Notes: generated by a model from the sequence alone, not told the origin. Positions 38,125 through 50,634 are shown, counted from the first letter of the stretch. The stretch is DNA of 64,000 nucleotides from SAR202 cluster bacterium bin22 (GCA_002238505.1 MPMM01000001.1:1037811-1101810), one strand, 5' to 3'. A program made the numbers and translations.

Positions 38125-39822
38125 CTAGCCGGTTTTGGCGCCCGAGGTCAAAGGGTCTTCCATAGTCTCTCCCAGGGAACCTCCCGGGGGCACCATGGGA
38201 TAAAGATTAACCGAATGATCCACTACAAACTCTATCAAGTAGGGCCCGTCATGGGCCTGTGCCTTGCGCAGGGCAGGCATTACGTCTTCCTGGTGGGTAA
38301 CCCGCACGGCCGGAATGCCATAGGCCTCTGACAGCTTAACAAACTCGGGACCCGGAATGGGTACTTCCTTCAAGTGGTTTTCGAAGAACATCTCCTGCCA
38401 CTGGCGGACCATACCCAGGTAGCCGTTGTTTATCAGCGCGATCTTCACGGGAAGATTTTCCTGGGCAACTGTGGCCAATTCCTGGGATGTCATCTGGATT
38501 CCGCCGTCGCCGGCAATGCTCCATACCGGCACTCCGGGCTGGCCCACCTGCGCGCCCATGGCAGCGGGAAGCTCAAAACCCATCGCTCCCAGGCCACCGG
38601 ACGACACAAAGGTGTTGAAACCATTGAAAAAGAGGAACTGGGCTGCCCACATCTGGTGTTGGCCTACACCGGTTACAACTACGGTATCCGGGTTTTCCTG
38701 AATCAGCTCATTCATTTCCGACAGAACATGCTGCGCCAGCAAAGAATCGGTCTTGGGAATAGCCAGAGAAGGATGGTCTCTCTTCAGCTCGTCGATATAG
38801 CCCATCCAATCAGGGCGGTCTACCCTCTTTACCAGGGGAATCAGACCCCGCATGACCACCTTGGCGTCTCCTACCAGGGGAACCTCCACCGGCACGTTCC
38901 GCCCCACCTGGCTGGGCTCGATGTCCAAATGAATAATTCGGGCATGGGGAGCGAAGGTAGAAGCGCGCCCGGTTACCCGGTCGTCAAAGCGCATTCCCAG
39001 ACCCACTACCACGTCGGCCTGGTCAACAACTATGTTGGACCAGTACATCCCATGCATTCCCAGCATACCCAGGCTCAGGGGATGATTCCTGGGGAAGCTG
39101 CTGAGGCCCAGCAGCGTATTGATGACGGGAATACCCGTGGCTTCCGCCAATTCCATCAGCTCTTCCCAGGCGTGGGAAGCGAGTACTCCGTGGCCGGCAA
39201 TCAATACGGGACGTTCCGCTTCGTTGATCAGCTGGGCCGCCCGTACAAGACCTGCCCGGGTTTCATCGGAAATGGGGTCCCTGGCAGGCTCAGGGATATC
39301 CGGATACTCGAACTCGGCCAGTTCCAGCTGCACATCGCGGGGCACGTCAATAAGGACCGGCCCCGGGCGTCCCTCCTGGGCTACTCTGAACGCCTCCCGG
39401 ATGGTGTGGCCCAGGTCGGCGGCAGACATTACCAGATAGGTCCGCTTTGTACAGACCGACGCTATGGAGCAGATGTCGCATTCCTGGAAAGCCTCGGACC
39501 CCAGGGCGGTTCTGGCGACCTGGCCGGTGATGGCGACCATGGGTACCGAATCAGCTTTGGCTCCCATTAGTCCCGTAACCAGGTTAGTGGCCCCCGGCCC
39601 TGAAGTGGCCACACAGACGCCGACCTTGCCGCTAACCCGGGAATAGCCGTCTGCGGCGTGGGAAGCGGACTGTTCGTGGCGAACCAGCACATGTCTCAGT
39701 TGAGGATAACCCCAAAGAGCATCGTAGAAGGGCAAAATCGCGCCGCCGGGGTGACCAAAAATAACGTCAACTCCCTCGCGGAGCAGGCTTTCACAGATGA
39801 TTTCCGATCCTTTGAGTTCCAC
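38125..39822 (-). CDS. ilvB: Acetolactate synthase (acetohydroxyacid synthase) large subunit
   Basis: Contains GSEIICESLLREGVDVIFGHPGGAILPFYDAL, RHEQSASHAADGYSRVSGKVGVCVATSGPGATNLVTG and GDGGIQMTSQELAT. I place the start at the GTG at 39822, 5 nt after GGAGG. The ORF-track TTG at 39888 would overlap the leader terminator. Confidence 0.93.
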   Translation of the reverse strand: MELKGSEIICESLLREGVDVIFGHPGGAILPFYDALWGYPQLRHVLVRHEQSASHAADGYSRVSGKVGVCVATSGPGATNLVTGLMGAKADSVPMVAITGQVARTALGSEAFQECDICSIASVCTKRTYLVMSAADLGHTIREAFRVAQEGRPGPVLIDVPRDVQLELAEFEYPDIPEPARDPISDETRAGLVRAAQLINEAERPVLIAGHGVLASHAWEELMELAEATGIPVINTLLGLSSFPRNHPLSLGMLGMHGMYWSNIVVDQADVVVGLGMRFDDRVTGRASTFAPHARIIHLDIEPSQVGRNVPVEVPLVGDAKVVMRGLIPLVKRVDRPDWMGYIDELKRDHPSLAIPKTDSLLAQHVLSEMNELIQENPDTVVVTGVGQHQMWAAQFLFFNGFNTFVSSGGLGAMGFELPAAMGAQVGQPGVPVWSIAGDGGIQMTSQELATVAQENLPVKIALINNGYLGMVRQWQEMFFENHLKEVPIPGPEFVKLSEAYGIPAVRVTHQEDVMPALRKAQAHDGPYLIEFVVDHSVNLYPMVPPGGSLGETMEDPLTSGAKTG

Positions 39823-39889
39823 AGCAGCCTCCAATACGTTTGCATTCTGCCGCCGAGAAAGGTATCGGGAAGGCCGTCCGTGGGCCAAT

Positions 39890-40170
39890 AAAAAAACCCG
39901 TCCCCCATAGGGACGGGATACATTATTCCCGCGGTACCACCCTATTTATCCGGCGAACCGGACCTCTCTTAGCAGGCACCAACATGCCCCGTCACGGGTA
40001 ACGAGCGACGAACCTCGGCCTGGCTTACTGAGCGACTGTCTGCTCTATTGTCGCGGTTCTGCTGGCAGCTCCGGAGGGATTTTCAACAAGGTTGGCGTAC
40101 CTGCTCACACCATACCAGGTTCGCTTAGCGCCGGGCCTTACCTACTCGTCTCCATCATAGCCTTTAGCTA
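39890..40170 (-). promoter_or_regulatory. T-box riboswitch leader of ilvB
   Basis: Minus strand carries Stem-I elements GCUAUGAUGGAGACGAGUAGG (GA/K-turn plus AGAGUA-like), an AGCGA bulge and a GGUGUGA distal loop. The T-box core AUAGGGUGGUACCGCGGGAA sits at 39928-39946. The terminator CCCGUCCC-UAUGG-GGGACGGG plus U7 sits at 39890-39917. An antiterminator alternative is GCGGGA/UCCCGU. Confidence 0.85.
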
Positions 40171-40176
40171 GTGCAA

Positions 40177-40204
40177 AATATCACATCGGCAAATAGAATG
40201 TCAA
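40177..40204 (-). promoter_or_regulatory. Promoter of the ilvB T-box leader
   Basis: Minus strand reads TTGACA-N16-GATATT with an extended -10 TG (TGtGATATT). Confidence 0.55.
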
Positions 40205-40387
40205 CTATTCTATTGAAAACTAAGGGTCATCCTCTGGTACCACGAGAGGCAGGCAGGCCAATACGGGATCTTTGTCAGGCCGCTATTGCCGAAAACAGTG
40301 ACGCCACGGGACATTTAGTCCCGTGGCGTTTTCCCTTATTGGATGGTGTTGAGTCACTCTCCAGGAGAGACTCTGGAGCTCAACGGC

Positions 40388-41176
40388 CTAGTCGTCGTCT
40401 GCTACTCCGGCCATTTCGCGAGATCCAGCGGCCAGATGCGTGCCATAGAACCGCAGCACCTGCTTCCAGCCATCGACGGCGGCTTCCTGACGGTAGCTGG
40501 GCCGGTCAACGGCGAAGAAGCCATGGCCTGCATTGTCATAGCGGAAGAACTCGTAATCCTTGCCAGCAGCCTTCAAGGCATCTTCCAGGTCATTCACGTC
40601 CTGGGGCGAAGGTCGAGCATCTTCGTTGCCGAACAACCCTAACAACGGACAATTCAGGCCGGAAGTGTAATCCACCGGCGCTACGGGCTGGCGGGAGCGC
40701 TCCAGATCGCCTTCGGGTACGGTGGTTACGCCGCCGCCCCAGCAGTTGACCGCGGCGTCTATTCCGTCCAGGCGGCAGGCAACCAGATAAGTCTGACGGC
40801 CACCGGAGCAGAATCCTATTACGCCAACCTTGTCGTTGTGATAGGGCAGAGAGCGCAGATAGTCACGAGCAGCGGCCACGTCGCCCAGGGTCCTGTCATC
40901 CGGCATTCCACCGGCTTCACGAACGCTGGTGCTGTTGGCTACGGAGTCTCCCTGGCCTTCCCTGAAATGCAGGTTGGGGGAAATACACACGTAACCGTTG
41001 TAGGCGAGTTTGCGGGCCATTTCCTTGGATGCCTCGTCCCAACCGGGCATGTGGTGAATCAATACGACACCGGGGTGGGGCCCAGGGCCCAGCGGACGGG
41101 CCAGGTATGCATCAATCTGGTCGCCATTGTGACCATTGATATTGACAGTTTCTGCAATCAATCCTTCATATGGCAT
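40388..41176 (-). CDS. Dienelactone hydrolase family protein
   Basis: Contains GVVLIHHMPGWDE and GVIGFCSGGRQTYL (nucleophile elbow). I chose the ATG at 41176 with a GGAGGT RBS. The ORF-track start at 41224 is 16 codons further upstream. Confidence 0.85.
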   Translation of the reverse strand: MPYEGLIAETVNINGHNGDQIDAYLARPLGPGPHPGVVLIHHMPGWDEASKEMARKLAYNGYVCISPNLHFREGQGDSVANSTSVREAGGMPDDRTLGDVAAARDYLRSLPYHNDKVGVIGFCSGGRQTYLVACRLDGIDAAVNCWGGGVTTVPEGDLERSRQPVAPVDYTSGLNCPLLGLFGNEDARPSPQDVNDLEDALKAAGKDYEFFRYDNAGHGFFAVDRPSYRQEAAVDGWKQVLRFYGTHLAAGSREMAGVADDD

Positions 41177-41448
41177 ATCGTTACCTCCATTTTTGCGTTT
41201 CATTTCCCGCCATTTACCCGGCACCCAAGGGCTTCGGGCATAGCGGGGATTGTGGGCAGATTACTACGCGGTCAAGACAGTGTCAAATTGGGGCAGGCGC
41301 TCGGTAGCGGCAAGTCGGGTGTCGAACCGAGCAACTTCGCCAGGTCCACGCGGGGCAATAGACCCAAACGAGTTCGATTGACAGTAAGCATGGCGTTAAT
41401 TAGTATCCCAGCATGGCTTAGGCCAAATAACAAAGCAGGAACTGAAAC

Positions 41449-41835
41449 ATGCCGCAAAAGGAAATTATTGCCCATCCCGATATTGCCCAGGGCAGCAACC
41501 CACTGTCCCAGGCGACACGCTTCGGTGACATGGTATTTGTGCAAGGGTGCACCGGTCGCCACCCAACTACGGGAGAAAACGGCGCGGATATCCGCCAGCA
41601 AACCCGCTTTGCGCTGGAACGCATCAAGATGATCCTGGAAGCTGCCGGCTCTTCCATGCACAACGTTTTGACCAATACCTGCTATGTGACCAGCAGGGAG
41701 GACCTGCCAGGTTTCAACGAGACTTATGCCGAGTTTTTCCCTTCGGACTACCCGGCCCGAACAACTATCATTGTTCAGTTCGGTCAGCCGGATAACCTCG
41801 TAGAAGTGACCACGACGGCCTGCATACCCAGCTAA
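41449..41835 (+). CDS. RidA/YjgF/UK114 family reactive-intermediate deaminase
   Basis: 128 aa with LSQATRFGDMVFVQG, QTRFALERIKMILEAAGSSMHNV and YPARTTI...VEV. Confidence 0.88.
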   Translation: MPQKEIIAHPDIAQGSNPLSQATRFGDMVFVQGCTGRHPTTGENGADIRQQTRFALERIKMILEAAGSSMHNVLTNTCYVTSREDLPGFNETYAEFFPSDYPARTTIIVQFGQPDNLVEVTTTACIPS

Positions 41836-41920
41836 CTGCCGGAACCGACAAGAGGTGACGGGGAGGCGCTCCTGAATTCACTAATGGGCACAGCAGGAGC
41901 GCCCCAGGTGGTGTTGATGC

Positions 41921-42229
41921 CTAAATCTTCCGGTATACGATGTGGGAACGGTTGGAGGTATGGGGTCGGATCATGGGCGCCCAGTCGCCAGTATCTGAGG
42001 CGGCAACCCACGCGTCGGTGAAGGGCACGTCGGGCGAGTCAATCTCATACACAGCGGCGAATCTGGCTACGCCCTCAACGTCGGTAGATTCCAGCCGATA
42101 GCGGGTACAACTGTGGACACCAGGCGCTTTTACTATGTTCGGTATATGTTGGGTGTCGTAAATTCGGTTAAAGTCTTCTTCCAGTTCCTCCGGAATGTCC
42201 ATCTGTACCAGGTAAATGTAGTCGGCCAT
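41921..42229 (-). CDS. Small alpha/beta-barrel (EthD/DUF4286-like) protein, paralog of 9727..10089
   Basis: ATG at 42229 with a GAGGAG RBS. YIYLVQMDIPEELEEDFNRIYDTQHIPNIVKAPGV and AVYEIDSPDV...WAPMIRPHTSNRSH align with the 9727..10089 product. Confidence 0.55.
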   Translation of the reverse strand: MADYIYLVQMDIPEELEEDFNRIYDTQHIPNIVKAPGVHSCTRYRLESTDVEGVARFAAVYEIDSPDVPFTDAWVAASDTGDWAPMIRPHTSNRSHIVYRKI

Positions 42230-42393
42230 AGCGACGGTCTCCTCTGCGAGAATACGGAGCCAAGTATAGCGGCCCTTGACTGGCCAGGGTAGCAGGGATA
42301 GAATCATAGTTCAGCGACCGATAGTGAGCCGCTCCTTCAGCGGTTCCCGGTCGCTCCTTTTTTTCCTCCGCCCTTGATTTTAAGCTGCGGTTC

Positions 42394-42430
42394 GTGAAAA
42401 AAGTCCGCACTCCTGAGGAAGTGCGGACTT
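42394..42430 (-). terminator. Intrinsic terminator after the Mo-hydroxylase/CMD operon
   Basis: Minus strand reads AAGTCCGCACT-TCCTCAGG-AGTGCGGACTT followed by TTTTTC. Confidence 0.7.
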
Positions 42431-42589
42431 TCCTTTTAACCCCGTATAAGAATGTAGCGACTCGAGGTCAGTCAATCTTCTGAACCGGGAGGGCGCCAAA
42501 GACTAACGTTCGAGACCATCGTGAAACAGACCTTGATATGGCTCTCATTCGGCAGAAGCGCCGTACAAGTTTGCCTGGCGAATGGGGCA

Positions 42590-43138
42590 CTAATAGGTCA
42601 AATCGGTTTGTACGCCTTCGGGAAGTTCTACTTCCAGGGCCTGCAGGCTATGGGCCAGGCCGTGGTAGTAGGCCACCACAATGAGGGTATCCACTATGCC
42701 GGCATCGCCCACCAGGGACCGCATGGCCTCAAAGGTGGTATCGGAAATCCGGTGCTGGCGCAGTAGTTCCAGAACGAACTGGACTACGGTGGCGTCATTG
42801 GTGTCGAGCCCGGCCGGGGCGCGAAATTCCCGGATGGCGGAAATCAGCTCGTCGCTCAGATTGGCCTCTTTGGCCCCACGCTGATTAACTGTCCACACAT
42901 AATGCCCGCCGGCTTCCCTGGCGGCCGTCAGGATGGCCACAGCCTTAACCCTGGGGTCCAGGGGAGTCTCAAACCGCACGTAGCCGCCCAAGCCGGCAAA
43001 GGCTGCCGATGCCTGGGGGTTGTTCAGCAAGGCAGCATAGTTGCGCTGCACACCGCCCCGGCTGGTCTGAATGTCATCCCATACCGCCTGACCGGCAGCA
43101 TCCATATTCTCTCGCGTGGCGAATGGTACACGAGCCAT
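42590..43138 (-). CDS. Carboxymuconolactone decarboxylase (AhpD-like) family protein
   Basis: 182 aa with RVKAVAILTAAREAGGHYVWTVNQRGA, the CMD-family helical pattern. GGAGGG RBS. Confidence 0.75.
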   Translation of the reverse strand: MARVPFATRENMDAAGQAVWDDIQTSRGGVQRNYAALLNNPQASAAFAGLGGYVRFETPLDPRVKAVAILTAAREAGGHYVWTVNQRGAKEANLSDELISAIREFRAPAGLDTNDATVVQFVLELLRQHRISDTTFEAMRSLVGDAGIVDTLIVVAYYHGLAHSLQALEVELPEGVQTDLTY

Positions 43139-43279
43139 AATTCTATCCCTCCGTTACTATCCAGAGTTGTAACCAATGAAATCGCGAAATCAGAGTGTCC
43201 GGGTCTTATGTCAAACGGCATCCCCGGTAGCGCCGGGGATGCCGTTGAATTCAAGCCCGCTCAAACTGGTTGGGTTGGA

Positions 43280-45562
43280 CTAATCCGCAGCTTGCTGAAC
43301 GTTCTCACCGTTCTTTTCCCACAGCGCCTCCAGGATGGCCCCGGGAGACATGGGAAGCCTTTCCATGCGGACGCCAATGGCGTCATGAATTGCGTTGGCA
43401 ATAGCCGCCATGGGAGGCACAATGGGCACTTCGCCCACGCCCCGCACGCCGTAGGGGTGCCCAGGGTTGGCCACTTCGACGATAACCGTATCGATCATTG
43501 GCAGATCCAGGCTGATCGGCATTCGGTAGTCCAGGAAGCTGGAATTGACCATCTGCCCATCGTCGCTGAAGTAATACTCTTCGTTGAGGGCCCAGCCAAT
43601 ACCCTGAACAACGCCGCCTTGCATCTGGCCCTCCACATAACTGGGGTGGATTGCCTTTCCGGCGTCCTGGACAGTGGTGTAGCGCAGAATGTCCACCTTG
43701 CCCGTTTCGGGGTCAACCTCTACATCCACAATGTGGGTGGAGAAGGCGCCGCCGGCTCCGCGGGGATCAACGCTCACCTGGCTGGAGATGGGACCGCCGG
43801 AACCGTTCAACTGAGCGGCCAGTTCCTTGAAGGTCATCTTTAGGTCGGAGTCGGACTTGTGCTGGAAAACGCTGCCTACCAGTTCCACGTCCTCTGCAGA
43901 GACTTCCCAGATGGTTGCCGCCCGTTCGATCATCTGGTTCTTGATGTCCTGGGCGCATTCGTAGGCCGCCCAGCCGCTGGCAAAGGTGGTACGACTGCCG
44001 CCGGTAAGGAAAGTGTAGCCAACGGAATCGGTGTCGGCCACGCTGGGGCGGACGTCCTCGGCGGGGATTCCCAGGACTTCGGCCGCCTGCATGGCTATGG
44101 AGGCCCTGGTGCCGCCAATATCGGTGGATCCCTCGACCAGGCTGATGGTGCCGTCGGCCACTACACCGATGCTGCAGCTGGACTGCATACCAATGTTAAA
44201 CCAGAAGCCGGAGGCGATACCGCGACCCTGATTGGGGCCGGTCAGGGGACTGTTGTAGTGTTCAGTTGCCTTGGCAGCTTCCACAACCTCAACATTGCCT
44301 ATTACCGGAAATTCGGGGCCGTCAACCCGACGGGTGCCTTCCTTGGAAGCGTTACGGAGACGGAACTCGATGGGGTCCATTCCGATTTCCCGGGCTATTT
44401 CATCCATAACCTGTTCACCACCGAATGCGCCGATGGGAGCGCCCGGGGCCCGGTAGGGGGCCACCTTCGGTTTGTTGACCACCACGTCGTAGCCTTCCGC
44501 GCGGACGTTTTCGATGTCGTAGGGAGCAAACATACACTGAGCGCCCATGGTTACCGGAGAACCAGGGAAAGCGCCCGCCTCCAGAGCCAACGAGGAGTCG
44601 GCGGCAGTTATCTTGCCGTCCCGGGTGGCGCCGACCTTGACCCAGACCGTGGAGCCAGAGGTGGGGCCCGTACTTTCAAAGACATCAGTGCGGGACATCA
44701 GCATCTTCACGGGCTGACCGGTCTTCCTGGAGAGGATTGCGGCCATGGGTTCCAGGTAAACGGGAATCTTGCCGCCGAAGCCACCGCCGATCTCCATGGG
44801 GACTACCTTTATTTGAGAAACCGGCATATCGAGTATCTGGGCCATGGAATCGCGTACGGCAAAGGCGCCCTGGGTGCTAGTCCAGACGGTCAGTTTGCCG
44901 TCGGCATTCCACAGAGCGGCGGCGTTCTGGGGCTCGATGTAGCCCTGGTGCACGGTGCTGGTCCGGAAGGCCCTCTCGACTATTACGTCGGCCTCGGCAA
45001 AGCCCTTTTCCAAGTCACCAATTTCGTACCGGAAATGAGATGCAACATTGCTCAGCTTGTCAGTCCTTTCACCGAGTTCCGTCGTGGTCAGGTCTTCAAT
45101 AACCAGCGGAGCGCCGTCTTCCATAGCCTGGGTAACGTTGATAACCGGCGGAAGGACTTCGTAGTCCACCTCAATCAAACCAATGGCGATTTCAGCCACG
45201 TGAGGATTGGCAGCGGCTACGGCGGCTACGGCGTGACCCCGGTAGAGGGCCTTGTCCTGGGCCAGAATATTTTCGCTGGAGAACCGGACACCACGACCGG
45301 GATTTTCCATGCTGGCCACAGGCAGGTCCTTGCCGGTGATTACGGCCTTGACTCCGGGGTAGGCCTCGGCCTTGCTGGTGTCGATGGACTTGATTCGGGC
45401 GTGAGCGTGGGGGCTGCGCAGGACCTTGCCGTGCAGCAGGCCGGCCATCTGGAAATCGCCGCCGTACTTGGCCCGGCCGGTAACCTTGTCGGTACCGTCG
45501 TGTCGGACGGGACGGCTCCCAACCACGCTGTATTCAGTGTTTGACAGCACAATATTGGACAT
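43280..45562 (-). CDS. Molybdopterin-binding large subunit of a xanthine-dehydrogenase/aldehyde-oxidase/CoxL-type hydroxylase
   Basis: 760 aa with DGTDKVTGRAKYGGD (a/b hammerhead), QGYIEPQ, EIGGGFGGK and VGEVPIVPPMAAIANAI. Confidence 0.9.
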   Translation of the reverse strand: MSNIVLSNTEYSVVGSRPVRHDGTDKVTGRAKYGGDFQMAGLLHGKVLRSPHAHARIKSIDTSKAEAYPGVKAVITGKDLPVASMENPGRGVRFSSENILAQDKALYRGHAVAAVAAANPHVAEIAIGLIEVDYEVLPPVINVTQAMEDGAPLVIEDLTTTELGERTDKLSNVASHFRYEIGDLEKGFAEADVIVERAFRTSTVHQGYIEPQNAAALWNADGKLTVWTSTQGAFAVRDSMAQILDMPVSQIKVVPMEIGGGFGGKIPVYLEPMAAILSRKTGQPVKMLMSRTDVFESTGPTSGSTVWVKVGATRDGKITAADSSLALEAGAFPGSPVTMGAQCMFAPYDIENVRAEGYDVVVNKPKVAPYRAPGAPIGAFGGEQVMDEIAREIGMDPIEFRLRNASKEGTRRVDGPEFPVIGNVEVVEAAKATEHYNSPLTGPNQGRGIASGFWFNIGMQSSCSIGVVADGTISLVEGSTDIGGTRASIAMQAAEVLGIPAEDVRPSVADTDSVGYTFLTGGSRTTFASGWAAYECAQDIKNQMIERAATIWEVSAEDVELVGSVFQHKSDSDLKMTFKELAAQLNGSGGPISSQVSVDPRGAGGAFSTHIVDVEVDPETGKVDILRYTTVQDAGKAIHPSYVEGQMQGGVVQGIGWALNEEYYFSDDGQMVNSSFLDYRMPISLDLPMIDTVIVEVANPGHPYGVRGVGEVPIVPPMAAIANAIHDAIGVRMERLPMSPGAILEALWEKNGENVQQAAD

Positions 45563-45633
45563 AGATAACCCTCACGATTGTGATGTTTAGAAGCGCGAAC
45601 TTAACGAGGCCATTGTACCATACGGGAAGGACT

Positions 45634-46824
45634 CTAACCTTGCTCCGGATTTAGCTCACTGAGCTCCCGAAACACTCGTCCCAGGCGTTCGCACAGCAGA
45701 TCAATGTTTGCGGCGGCATCCCGGTGAGAAATGGCGAACTGTGAGTAATCTTTGTAGTCTCCCTCAACAAACAGGGGGTCGCCTTCAAATGAGCTAACCC
45801 AATTCTCCAGGACGTTGACCAATTGGGGAGGCTGGTCATTGAGGTCCCATCGCGTCATCCCGAAAATGAAACTTCCGGACGAGTAGGAACTGAGGCGATC
45901 GGAAACGGGACTAAGCCAAGCCACCGACAAGGGTAAACGCCAGGCAGGGGACTTGCAGCGAAGGCTAACACTGGTATCTCCATACCGAACAATTCCACCT
46001 GCATGTTCCGTAACATCCAACAGGCGTTGAGCAGCTCTGGAGGCTGCCGGGTCAAGTATTTGGGCTAAGAACTCTTCCTTCGTCAAGCGCCGGCGACGGG
46101 GGGACGTCGGCGACCGACGTTCCGGAGAGTCAAGGGCAGCGGCTGTTCGGCCTATTACGCGGGGCACCAATGTGCTTCCCGCCGCTCCACGAAATTGCTT
46201 TATCTCTACAGCAAGCACTTCTATGCCGGCCATTTGTTGGTTCATGAATTCCACTACCCTGGCCAGTTCGTCAGGTATTCCGTCCGCCACGAAAAGCAAA
46301 CGCATTCGGGCGGCCCGCAGGTTGATTTCGACATCGTCCCAGAATTTGTCGGCATCTGGCTCAGCCTGCAGCAATTGGGCCAGGTCACCCTCCGGATCTG
46401 GGGAACGTTCCTCAAAGGCTCTCCTGATTTCGGAAACATTCCAGGACTGGGTGGCGTGAGCGGCATAGTCCATCATTTGACCTACGACGGACCGGCGAAT
46501 CTCCGAGTTGGTAGAGCGCTTGGCCTCAACCAGAGTGGGAACAGCATCCTGGTCAATAAACAAGTGATCAAGGGCCCAGCGATTGCTACCACCGACTACA
46601 TCAGCTATCCCCTGCTCCCTGCCCACCAGGATGAATCTCCTGTGGTCTTCTGGAGTGATTTGGTCGCCTCCCAGCAAGGACGGGTGGTTTGCCACCAGTT
46701 CCTGCAATCTGTCCTCGCTGGAGAAGAACTCCTCATGCATTGGCTGCAGCTGCCCATCTACGTTCAAGTAAAAATGTTCTCGGACATCTACAATTCTCCA
46801 AAACAGTAAGCCCCCGGCTTTCAC
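45634..46824 (-). CDS. Hypothetical protein with a PD-(D/E)xK (NucS/DUF91-like) nuclease core
   Basis: 396-aa ORF. EDRLQELVANHPSLL...REQGIAD...LDHLFIDQDAVPTLVEAKRS matches the D...(D/E)xK restriction-endonuclease-fold pattern. I do not recognise the C-terminal ~170 aa. The start is uncertain: the GTG at 46824 lies inside a hairpin, and the ATG at 46740 is an alternative. Confidence 0.5.
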   Translation of the reverse strand: MKAGGLLFWRIVDVREHFYLNVDGQLQPMHEEFFSSEDRLQELVANHPSLLGGDQITPEDHRRFILVGREQGIADVVGGSNRWALDHLFIDQDAVPTLVEAKRSTNSEIRRSVVGQMMDYAAHATQSWNVSEIRRAFEERSPDPEGDLAQLLQAEPDADKFWDDVEINLRAARMRLLFVADGIPDELARVVEFMNQQMAGIEVLAVEIKQFRGAAGSTLVPRVIGRTAAALDSPERRSPTSPRRRRLTKEEFLAQILDPAASRAAQRLLDVTEHAGGIVRYGDTSVSLRCKSPAWRLPLSVAWLSPVSDRLSSYSSGSFIFGMTRWDLNDQPPQLVNVLENWVSSFEGDPLFVEGDYKDYSQFAISHRDAAANIDLLCERLGRVFRELSELNPEQG

Positions 46825-46830
46825 CGGGGG
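46798..46830 (-). terminator. Hairpin downstream of tRNA-Met, probable end of the 23S-tRNA transcript
   Basis: Minus strand reads CCCCCGG-TGAAAG-CCGGGGG followed by CTTACTGTTTTGG. Confidence 0.45.
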
Positions 46831-46855
46831 CTGCGTTCACGAACTGATTATTTAT

Positions 46856-46930
<75 letters not shown>

Positions 46931-47021
46931 TTGAGGCATAACGTAGAAATGTGCGCTGGAACAAGAAACCCTGAGTAATTGCCCTGAAAGCTGGTCACTG
47001 TGTCTGAAGTCCATAACGTGG

Positions 47022-50437
<3,416 letters not shown>

Positions 50438-50634
50438 CACGCTAAGAACTCCAAACTTTTCAGTTTGAGTTTTCAGGACAATTTCTCAAGGTTCCTTATT
50501 CAGCTTTTAAGGTGCAAAGAAAAGGGCGGTTGGGTTACCCCAAACCGCCGTTCGGGTTCTCCCACTTTCCATTCTGCTTTCAGGTAATTTTCATACCTTG
50601 CTGCTGAACTCCGCCTGCTTTTCTGTAAGAAGGG

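Noticed and set aside
38374-39570. 398-aa ORF on the plus strand; similar shadows at 1388..2194, 10176..10808, 11007..11813, 33936..34916, 36090..36902 and 19245..20548
   Set aside because: All are antisense to confidently identified genes (ilvB, groEL, the TPP enzyme, D-aminoacylase, a methyltransferase, metH). They are high-GC shadow ORFs.
39823-39888. ORF-track TTG start of ilvB at 39888
   Set aside because: That start abuts the U-tract of the T-box terminator and adds 22 non-conserved residues. The GTG at 39822 has a GGAGG RBS and gives a canonical AHAS N-terminus.
43859-45544. 561-aa ORF on the plus strand
   Set aside because: Antisense shadow of the Mo-hydroxylase large-subunit gene. 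No recognisable motifs and Gly/Ala/Arg-rich composition.
46931-47021. 5S rRNA expected between the 23S 3-prime end and the tRNA
   Set aside because: Only 91 nt are available, and the sequence lacks 5S hallmarks (no CCGAAC...AGAAGTGAAAC loop C/helix III region, no terminal helix I complementarity).
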